Below are positions 55,515 through 64,000 of a stretch of DNA of 64,000 nt, in pieces. This DNA comes from Escherichia coli. Lineage in GTDB: Bacteria > Pseudomonadota > Gammaproteobacteria > Enterobacterales > Enterobacteriaceae. The DNA is taken from the NCBI RefSeq assembly GCF_044324785.1, contig NZ_CP172127.1; one strand, given 5' to 3'. A program made the position numbers and the translations under genes. The notes beneath the pieces are model-generated. The model was not told the origin of the DNA. It did no database searches and worked only from the letters and a program-made list of their open reading frames with translations. Each line of letters opens with the position of its first letter. Positions within the stretch are counted from its first letter, which is position 1.

Positions 55515-55816
55515 TACCCCTTGCGGGGTTGTTTCATCGGCCTGAGCGGAGCCAGGCCTGACATTTGCTGGTAATCCAGACATTTTCCGGATGTCGCGTT
55601 ATGGAGCGCAGGCGGCAACGGGCTTCCGTTAACGATTAAGACTGTGACGAGGAAATGAGATGATGCCGATGATTAAATCCCCGCATGGCGAGGGAGGCTG
55701 CGTATGCGCCCCTCCTGCGACTGACTGGACTCCGCCCCCTTTGCTTCCCTTGCTAAACAGGTTTGATTTCAGGTCGACACGACCGCAAACCTTATTACGC
55801 AGGGGAGGCAGCAATT

Positions 55817-57202
55817 ATGGCTATTAATTCACCACTGAATATTGCTGCGCAACCCGGCAAAACCCGTCTGCGAAAATCACTGAAATTGTGGCAGGTGGTG
55901 ATGATGGGTCTGGCCTATCTCACGCCGATGACTGTGTTCGATACCTTTGGTATTGTCTCCGGCATTAGCGACGGTCACGTTCCGGCGTCCTATTTGCTGG
56001 CGCTGGCGGGCGTGCTGTTTACCGCTATCAGCTACGGCAAACTGGTTCGCCAGTTTCCGGAAGCCGGTTCGGCCTATACCTACGCGCAAAAGTCGATTAA
56101 CCCGCACGTCGGATTTATGGTCGGCTGGTCATCGCTGCTGGATTATCTCTTTTTGCCGATGATCAACGTCTTGTTGGCGAAAATCTATCTCTCCGCCCTC
56201 TTCCCGGAAGTGCCGCCGTGGGTGTGGGTGGTAACCTTCGTCGCCATTTTAACCGCCGCGAATCTGAAGAGCGTCAACCTGGTCGCAAACTTCAATACCC
56301 TGTTTGTACTGGTGCAAATCTCCATCATGGTGGTGTTTATCTTCCTGGTGGTTCAGGGACTGCATAAAGGAGAAGGCGTTGGCACCGTCTGGTCACTTCA
56401 GCCGTTTATCAGCGAGAACGCGCACCTGATCCCGATTATTACCGGGGCGACGATTGTCTGTTTCTCCTTCCTCGGTTTCGATGCGGTGACCACGCTTTCG
56501 GAAGAGACGCCGGACGCCGCACGCGTGATCCCTAAAGCCATCTTCCTGACGGCGGTATACGGCGGCGTTATCTTTATCGCTGCGTCGTTCTTTATGCAGC
56601 TGTTCTTTCCCGATATCAGCCGCTTTAAAGACCCGGACGCCGCACTGCCTGAAATTGCGCTGTACGTCGGCGGCAAGCTCTTCCAGTCGATTTTCCTCTG
56701 CACCACGTTTGTGAACACGTTAGCGTCTGGCCTGGCTTCACATGCCAGCGTGTCGCGTCTGCTGTATGTGATGGGGCGTGACAATGTGTTTCCGGAGCGC
56801 GTGTTTGGCTATGTGCACCCGAAATGGCGCACGCCAGCGCTGAACGTCATTATGGTCGGGATTGTTGCGCTGTCGGCGCTGTTCTTTGATTTAGTCACCG
56901 CGACAGCATTGATTAACTTCGGTGCTCTGGTGGCATTTACCTTCGTAAATCTGTCGGTGTTTAATCATTTCTGGCGGCGTAAAGGAATGAATAAAAGCTG
57001 GAAGGATCACTTCCACTATTTGCTGATGCCGCTGGTTGGCGCGCTGACGGTGGGTGTGCTGTGGGTTAACCTCGAGTCAACGTCACTGACACTCGGTTTG
57101 GTATGGGCTTCATTAGGCGGCGCATATTTGTGGTATCTGATCCGCCGCTATCGCAAAGTGCCGTTGTATGATGGTGACAGAACGCCGGTGAGCGAAACGT
57201 AA
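55817..57202 (+). CDS. puuP: putrescine importer PuuP, APC family (461 aa)
   Basis: ORF track 55763..57202 trimmed to [12 protein letters not shown]; 12-TM amino-acid/polyamine permease pattern. Confidence 0.9.
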
Positions 57203-57335
57203 TAGTCGGATGCGCGGCGCATTATCCTGCCTGAGGGTAATGCACCGCGCCATTAACTATAAAAAGATGTATGACCCGGATCACGAGTGCTATCATCCGC
57301 CCTTATGCTTAGCGCATTAACCCCAGGGGCAAACA

Positions 57336-57581
57336 ATGAACCACGATATCCCGCTAAAATATTTTGATATTGCCGATGAGTACGCGACCGAATGCGCAGA
57401 GCCTGTCGCAGACGCTGAACGCACACCGCTGGCCCACTACTTCCAGTTACTGCTCACCCGTTTGATGAACAATGAAGAAATCAGCGAAGAAGCCCAACAT
57501 GAAATGGCTGCTGAAGCGGGGATTAATCCCGTACGCATTGATGAGATCGCAGAGTTTTTGAATCAATGGGGTAATGAGTAA
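57336..57581 (+). CDS. ymjA: small protein YmjA (81 aa)
   Basis: 81-aa acidic ORF in the expected position between puuP and sapA. Confidence 0.8.
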   Translation: MNHDIPLKYFDIADEYATECAEPVADAERTPLAHYFQLLLTRLMNNEEISEEAQHEMAAEAGINPVRIDEIAEFLNQWGNE

Positions 57582-57614
57582 TTATTTCATTGCAGACGCT
57601 CGGTCAGTATCGTT

Positions 57615-57645
57615 GCCCGGATAAAGCGTTCACGCCGCATCCGGC
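57615..57645. repeat. REP (palindromic unit) element
   Basis: GCCCGGATAAAGCGTTCACGCCGCATCCGGC, canonical REP-like sequence. Confidence 0.75.
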
Positions 57646-57893
57646 TAAAAATGACACGCACTGCAGCGTGCCTTAATGGGTTTCTCACGATCGTACCGCT
57701 CTGCTCCTCGCTAAGTTGTTCTGTGAGTTATAGTTATAGAGAAATCACGGGTACGAATGTTGAACAGATGGCGACGTCACCTGTTCAACGACCAACCACA
57801 CGGCCCTCATTAAGACCCCTGAACACAAACGGTAATGGCAAATGTCATTAAATATTAGTAAGATAGCCTCTTTACATAAAATCCCTTAATATT

Positions 57894-59537
57894 ATGCGCC
57901 AGGTATTATCGTCTCTTTTGGTGATTGCTGGACTTGTGAGTGGTCAGGCAATCGCCGCGCCTGAATCCCCCCCGCATGCTGATATCCGCGACAGCGGTTT
58001 TGTCTATTGCGTTAGCGGGCAAGTCAACACCTTTAACCCATCCAAAGCGAGCAGTGGGTTAATTGTCGATACCCTTGCCGCCCAGTTTTATGATCGACTG
58101 CTGGATGTCGATCCCTATACCTATCGCCTGATGCCGGAACTTGCCGAAAGCTGGGAAGTTCTCGACAACGGCGCGACCTATCGCTTCCACCTGCGTCGCG
58201 ATGTTCCGTTTCAAAAAACCGACTGGTTTACTCCCACTCGTAAAATGAATGCCGACGATGTGGTGTTTACCTTCCAGCGAATTTTTGACCGCAACAACCC
58301 GTGGCATAACGTCAACGGCAGCAACTTCCCCTACTTCGACAGCCTGCAATTTGCCGATAACGTGAAAAGCGTCCGCAAACTGGATAATCATACGGTTGAG
58401 TTCCGACTCGCCCAGCCGGATGCTTCTTTTTTGTGGCACCTGGCGACCCATTATGCATCGGTCATGTCGGCAGAATATGCCGGGAAGTTAGAGAAAGAAG
58501 ATCGCCAGGAACAACTCGACCGTCAACCGGTTGGCACCGGTCCGTATCAGTTGTCGGAATACCGCGCCGGGCAATTTATTCGCTTACAACGTCATGATGA
58601 TTTCTGGCGTGGTAAGCCGTTGATGCCACAAGTGGTGGTGGATTTAGGCTCTGGCGGTACAGGACGATTGTCGAAACTCCTGACCGGGGAGTGCGACGTT
58701 CTGGCCTGGCCTGCTGCCAGTCAGCTATCCATTTTGCGTGACGACCCACGCTTGCGTTTAACGCTGCGTCCTGGGATGAACGTCGCCTATCTGGCATTTA
58801 ACACCGCCAAGCCGCCGCTAAATAATCCCGCTGTCCGCCATGCGCTGGCACTGGCGATCAATAACCAGCGTCTGATGCAATCCATCTATTATGGTACGGC
58901 TGAAACGGCAGCCTCTATTTTACCGCGCGCCTCGTGGGCCTATGACAACGAGGCTAAAATTACTGAATACAATCCGGCGAAATCGCGCGAACAGTTGAAG
59001 GCGTTGGGGCTGGAAAACTTAACGCTGAAACTGTGGGTGCCAACACGTTCGCAGGCGTGGAACCCCAGTCCACTGAAAACCGCCGAACTGATTCAGGCGG
59101 ATATGGCACAGGTTGGCGTAAAAGTGGTGATTGTGCCGGTAGAAGGTCGCTTTCAGGAGGCGCGGTTGATGGATATGAGCCATGATCTGACGTTATCCGG
59201 TTGGGCGACTGACAGTAACGACCCGGACAGTTTCTTCCGTCCGTTACTGAGCTGCGCAGCAATTCATTCGCAGACCAACCTCGCCCACTGGTGCGATCCG
59301 AAATTCGACAGCGTGTTGCGTAAGGCGCTCTCCTCGCAGCAGCTGGCGGCGCGTATTGAAGCCTATGACGAAGCGCAAAGTATTCTGGCGCAGGAATTAC
59401 CTATTCTGCCGCTGGCGTCGTCATTGCGTTTGCAGGCCTATCGGTACGATATCAAAGGTCTGGTACTTAGTCCGTTTGGTAACGCCTCCTTTGCTGGGGT
59501 GTATCGCGAGAAACAGGATGAGGTGAAAAAACCATGA
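57894..59537 (+). CDS. sapA: periplasmic peptide-binding protein SapA (547 aa)
   Basis: signal peptide; family-5 solute-binding protein. Confidence 0.95.
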   Translation: MRQVLSSLLVIAGLVSGQAIAAPESPPHADIRDSGFVYCVSGQVNTFNPSKASSGLIVDTLAAQFYDRLLDVDPYTYRLMPELAESWEVLDNGATYRFHLRRDVPFQKTDWFTPTRKMNADDVVFTFQRIFDRNNPWHNVNGSNFPYFDSLQFADNVKSVRKLDNHTVEFRLAQPDASFLWHLATHYASVMSAEYAGKLEKEDRQEQLDRQPVGTGPYQLSEYRAGQFIRLQRHDDFWRGKPLMPQVVVDLGSGGTGRLSKLLTGECDVLAWPAASQLSILRDDPRLRLTLRPGMNVAYLAFNTAKPPLNNPAVRHALALAINNQRLMQSIYYGTAETAASILPRASWAYDNEAKITEYNPAKSREQLKALGLENLTLKLWVPTRSQAWNPSPLKTAELIQADMAQVGVKVVIVPVEGRFQEARLMDMSHDLTLSGWATDSNDPDSFFRPLLSCAAIHSQTNLAHWCDPKFDSVLRKALSSQQLAARIEAYDEAQSILAQELPILPLASSLRLQAYRYDIKGLVLSPFGNASFAGVYREKQDEVKKP

Positions 59538-60499
59538 TTATCTTCACCTTACGCCGCATTTTGTTATTGATTGTCACCTTGTTCCTGCTGACCTTCGTTG
59601 GCTTCAGTTTGAGCTATTTCACTCCACACGCGCCGTTACAAGGCGCGTCACTGTGGAATGCCTGGGTGTTCTGGTTTAATGGCCTGATCCACTGGGATTT
59701 TGGTGTTTCCAGCATTAACGGTCAACCAATTGCCGAACAGTTAAAAGAGGTCTTCCCGGCGACGATGGAACTGTGCATCCTCGCCTTCGGTTTTGCGCTG
59801 ATTGTTGGCATCCCCGTGGGGATGATTGCCGGGATTACGCGCCATAAGTGGCAGGATAACTTGATCAACGCCATCGCCTTACTGGGCTTTTCAATCCCGG
59901 TGTTCTGGCTGGCGCTTCTGTTGACGCTGTTTTGTTCACTCACGCTAGGTTGGTTGCCCGTTTCAGGGCGTTTCGATCTGCTCTACGAAGTGAAACCGAT
60001 TACCGGTTTTGCGTTGATTGATGCCTGGCTTTCGGACTCACCATGGCGGGATGAAATGGTCATGAGCGCAATCCGCCATATGATATTGCCCGTGATCACC
60101 CTGTCGGTTGCGCCAACAACTGAAGTGATCCGACTGATGCGTATCAGCACTATCGAAGTGTATGACCAGAACTATGTTAAAGCAGCGGCGACCCGCGGTT
60201 TGTCGCGCTTTACTATTTTGCGTCGCCACGTTCTGCATAACGCGTTACCTCCGGTTATTCCTCGCCTGGGCTTACAGTTTTCTACCATGCTGACGCTGGC
60301 GATGATCACCGAAATGGTTTTTAGCTGGCCGGGTTTAGGCCGCTGGTTAATTAACGCTATCCGCCAGCAGGATTACGCAGCCATTTCCGCCGGAGTGATG
60401 GTGTGTGGCTCACTGGTCATTATTGTTAACGTGATTTCTGATATTTTGGGTGCCATGGCTAACCCTCTGAAACATAAGGAATGGTATGCCTTACGATAG
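59534..60499 (+). CDS. sapB: ABC permease SapB (321 aa)
   Basis: overlaps sapA stop; polytopic permease. Confidence 0.95.
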
Positions 60500-61376
60500 C
60501 GTATACAGCGAAAAGCGCCCGCCGGGCACGCTGCGTACCGCCTGGCGCAAATTTTATAGTGATGCCTCTGCGATGGTCGGCCTGTACGGCTGCGCGGGGC
60601 TGGCTGTACTGTGTATTTTTGGCGGCTGGTTTGCGCCTTACGGCATCGATCAGCAATTTCTCGGTTATCAATTATTGCCGCCGTCATGGTCGCGCTATGG
60701 CGAAGTTTCTTTCTTCCTGGGGACTGACGACCTCGGACGCGATGTTTTAAGCCGTTTACTGAGCGGAGCTGCGCCAACCGTAGGCGGCGCATTTGTGGTG
60801 ACGCTTGCCGCTACGATCTGTGGCCTGGTACTGGGCACCTTCGCCGGGGCGACGCACGGCCTACGCTCAGCGGTGCTTAACCATATTCTGGATACCTTAC
60901 TGGCGATCCCTTCCCTGCTGCTGGCAATTATCGTTGTAGCGTTTGCCGGACCGAGTTTGTCTCACGCCATGTTTGCCGTCTGGCTGGCGCTACTGCCGCG
61001 TATGGTACGTTCGATTTACAGCATGGTGCATGACGAACTGGAAAAAGAGTACGTCATCGCCGCCCGTCTGGATGGCGCATCAACGCTGAATATTCTCTGG
61101 TTTGCTGTGATGCCAAACATCACCGCCGGGCTGGTCACCGAGATCACCCGCGCACTGTCGATGGCAATTCTCGATATCGCCGCGCTGGGCTTTCTCGATC
61201 TCGGCGCGCAACTCCCCTCGCCTGAATGGGGAGCGATGCTCGGTGATGCGCTGGAACTGATTTATGTCGCCCCGTGGACTGTCATGCTGCCAGGTGCGGC
61301 AATTATGATTAGCGTGCTGTTGGTTAACCTCCTTGGCGACGGTGTCCGTCGTGCAATTATTGCGGGGGTGGAATAA
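60486..61376 (+). CDS. sapC: ABC permease SapC (296 aa)
   Basis: overlaps sapB; permease. Confidence 0.95.
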
Positions 61377-62368
61377 TGCCATTACTCGATATTCGTAACC
61401 TGACCATTGAATTTAAAACCGGTGATGAGTGGGTTAAAGCCGTCGACCGCGTAAGTATGACCTTAACCGAAGGTGAAATCCGCGGTCTTGTTGGTGAATC
61501 CGGTTCCGGCAAGAGTTTGATTGCGAAAGCAATTTGTGGGGTGAATAAAGATAACTGGCGTGTTACAGCTGATCGTATGCGTTTTGATGATATCGATTTG
61601 CTGCGTCTCTCCGCACGCGAACGGCGCAAGCTGGTTGGTCACAACGTGTCGATGATTTTCCAGGAACCGCAGTCGTGTCTTGACCCTTCAGAACGTGTGG
61701 GTCGCCAGTTGATGCAAAACATCCCAGCCTGGACCTATAAAGGCCGTTGGTGGCAGCGTTTTGGCTGGCGCAAACGCCGTGCCATTGAACTGCTGCACCG
61801 CGTGGGGATTAAAGATCACAAAGATGCGATGCGCAGTTTTCCCTATGAGTTGACCGAAGGTGAATGTCAGAAAGTGATGATAGCCATTGCACTGGCGAAT
61901 CAACCGCGTCTGCTGATTGCTGACGAACCGACAAACTCAATGGAGCCAACAACCCAGGCGCAAATCTTTCGCCTGCTGACGCGTCTCAACCAAAACAGCA
62001 ATACCACTATTTTGCTTATCAGCCATGACTTACAAATGCTTAGCCAATGGGCGGATAAAATTAACGTGCTTTACTGCGGTCAAACGGTGGAAACCGCGCC
62101 AAGTAAGGAGTTGGTGACAATGCCACATCATCCTTATACCCAGGCGCTGATCCGCGCGATACCAGACTTCGGCAGCGCGATGCCGCATAAAAGTCGCCTC
62201 AATACGCTGCCCGGCGCTATCCCACTGCTGGAACAGTTACCGATTGGGTGTCGTCTGGGGCCGCGTTGCCCGTATGCACAACGAGAATGCATTGTGACGC
62301 CACGTTTGACGGGGGCGAAAAATCATCTCTATGCCTGTCATTTCCCGCTGAACATGGAGAAAGAGTGA
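61376..62368 (+). CDS. sapD: ABC ATPase SapD (330 aa)
   Basis: Walker A GESGSGKS. Confidence 0.95.
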
Positions 62369-62369
62369 G

Positions 62370-63176
62370 ATGATCGAAACGTTGCTTGAAGTGCGTAATT
62401 TAAGTAAAACGTTCCGCTACCGGACCGGCTGGTTTCGTCGTCAGACCGTAGAAGCGGTAAAACCCTTGAGCTTTACGCTACGTGAAGGCCAGACACTGGC
62501 GATCATTGGCGAGAATGGTTCTGGTAAATCCACGCTGGCAAAAATGCTGGCGGGAATGATAGAACCTACCAGCGGCGAGTTATTGATTGACGATCATCCG
62601 CTGCATTTTGGCGATTATTCCTTCCGCAGTCAGCGTATCCGCATGATTTTTCAGGATCCTTCGACCTCGTTGAATCCCCGTCAACGTATCTCGCAAATTC
62701 TGGATTTTCCACTGCGTCTGAACACCGATCTGGAACCTGAACAGCGTCGCAAACAGATTATTGAAACGATGCGTATGGTTGGGCTGCTACCGGATCACGT
62801 CAGTTACTATCCGCATATGTTGGCACCCGGGCAAAAACAGCGTCTGGGGCTGGCGCGCGCGCTGATATTGCGCCCAAAAGTCATTATTGCCGATGAAGCC
62901 CTCGCCTCACTGGATATGTCGATGCGTTCGCAGTTGATTAATCTGATGCTGGAGTTACAGGAAAAACAGGGCATTTCGTATATTTATGTTACCCAGCATA
63001 TCGGAATGATGAAGCACATTAGCGACCAGGTGCTGGTGATGCATCAGGGCGAGGTTGTCGAGCGAGGCAGCACCGCGGATGTGCTGGCATCGCCGCTGCA
63101 TGAACTCACCAAACGGCTTATTGCCGGTCATTTTGGCGAGGCATTGACGGCGGATGCGTGGCGTAAGGACCGTTAA
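62370..63176 (+). CDS. sapF: ABC ATPase SapF (268 aa)
   Basis: Walker A GENGSGKS. Confidence 0.95.
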   Translation: MIETLLEVRNLSKTFRYRTGWFRRQTVEAVKPLSFTLREGQTLAIIGENGSGKSTLAKMLAGMIEPTSGELLIDDHPLHFGDYSFRSQRIRMIFQDPSTSLNPRQRISQILDFPLRLNTDLEPEQRRKQIIETMRMVGLLPDHVSYYPHMLAPGQKQRLGLARALILRPKVIIADEALASLDMSMRSQLINLMLELQEKQGISYIYVTQHIGMMKHISDQVLVMHQGEVVERGSTADVLASPLHELTKRLIAGHFGEALTADAWRKDR

Positions 63177-63805
63177 CAGGTTTCCTGGCTAGTACAATAT
63201 TCTTCACCGATAGCATCAGGGTCGATAAAGGGATACTCATTTTGCATAATATCCTGTAAATATTGTGCAAAATTAACAGCAATGACCTGATAGCTATCGG
63301 GATCATGTAAATAACGAACAATTTGTCCAGATTTTCCTTTTGGAGATGGAGAAAAGTCGATATATAAACGTGAAGTGCCGCCATTATTAATGCAATGAGC
63401 AAAACAGAGCCAGCGATGAAACGGTACAGTTGGATCTATACGTTCATCAACATCGACTTCGTCCATTTGCCCATCGTAGATTTTCATGATGGATTCCTGA
63501 CCAAACCATGACTTTCTTTCCTCCAAAATCTGCTGGGCAGACTGGAGATAATAGGGATATTCTCCGCCTTCAACATCCGCCCCTAAAACGGGTAAAAATA
63601 CCTTTTTATCCTGATGTTGTTGAAAATAAGTTCCCTTGATCTGGCGAAGCAAACCGAGTAAATCCTCCGAAGAATCAGGATATTCATGGAGAAGTTCTGT
63701 TATATCGCTTTCTTGCGCTCCAGACAGTGTTGCAAATAATGCCCTGACATCCGTTGGCAAATGTGCGGCAAGCCCGGCCAAATATTCCTGATACATTGTC
63801 ATCAT
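63173..63805 (-). CDS. uncharacterised acidic cytoplasmic protein (210 aa), convergent with sapF; possibly SMI1/KNR4 (SUKH)-like, unverified
   Basis: 210-aa ORF MMTMYQEYLAGLAAHLPTDVRALF...; no signal peptide or TM segment; 4-bp convergent overlap with sapF stop; does not resemble the 117-aa YcjD I expect next to sapF in K-12. Confidence 0.6.
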   Translation of the reverse strand: MMTMYQEYLAGLAAHLPTDVRALFATLSGAQESDITELLHEYPDSSEDLLGLLRQIKGTYFQQHQDKKVFLPVLGADVEGGEYPYYLQSAQQILEERKSWFGQESIMKIYDGQMDEVDVDERIDPTVPFHRWLCFAHCINNGGTSRLYIDFSPSPKGKSGQIVRYLHDPDSYQVIAVNFAQYLQDIMQNEYPFIDPDAIGEEYCTSQETC

Positions 63806-64000
63806 AACGTCCTTTTTTAATCCATAATGAACAGCGTGTTTTGACTGTTTTTCTTAACAAAAGTTCCTGCTGTGCAACGCTCTGGCTCTTTAGTCCTTTC
63901 GTCGCTTATAATAGCTTTTTTCGGTCTTCCTCTTTCTCAAGAGAAAAGCTGCCTGATGTACAGGCACTGAAACGAGTATCAACAATAAGGATTAAAGCTA

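Noticed and set aside
55640-55816. Possible short ORF (MMPMIKSPHGEGG...) in the long puuA-puuP spacer
   Set aside because: No convincing RBS and it runs into the puuP leader; cannot be distinguished from 5'-UTR sequence without expression data

Overview
This window reads as an Escherichia coli chromosomal segment, in reverse orientation relative to the K-12 map as I recall it. Almost every ORF matches a known E. coli protein by length and signature motifs. Gene order is ydbL'-ynbE-ydbH, ldhA, hslJ, ydbJ, ydbK(pfo), MicC, ompN, uspF, ttcA, dbpA, FnrS, zntB, dgcM, smrA, [AraC/MFP/MFS module], McaS, abgR-abgABT-ogt, fnr, uspE, ynaJ, ynaI, [IS1 in mppA], ycjZ, ycjY-hydrolase-NAD(P)-binding-mpaA, ycjG, tpx, tyrR, ycjF-ycjX, pspEDCBA/pspF, [IS3-family element], puuEBC-puuR-puuD/puuA-puuP, ymjA, sapABCDF and one uncharacterised 210-aa gene. 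No tRNA, rRNA, CRISPR array or phage structural genes were seen. The non-core content is: a three-gene efflux module between smrA and McaS; an IS1 with 9-bp target duplication truncating mppA; a 1432-bp IS3-family element inserted into a REP palindrome between pspF and puuE; intact tandem hydrolase and NAD(P)-binding genes; and the 210-aa gene beside sapF. Two K-12 features appear absent, judged from memory of K-12 synteny only: the Rac prophage (ttcA is intact next to uspF) and the ycjM-ompG-ycjW block (pspE sits 118 bp from ycjX). I found no clearly novel multi-gene system; the best candidates for follow-up are the efflux module, a 32-bp motif shared upstream of mppA and mpaA, and a 57-aa proline-rich ORF upstream of dbpA. 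All homology calls are from reading the translations; no database search was run.
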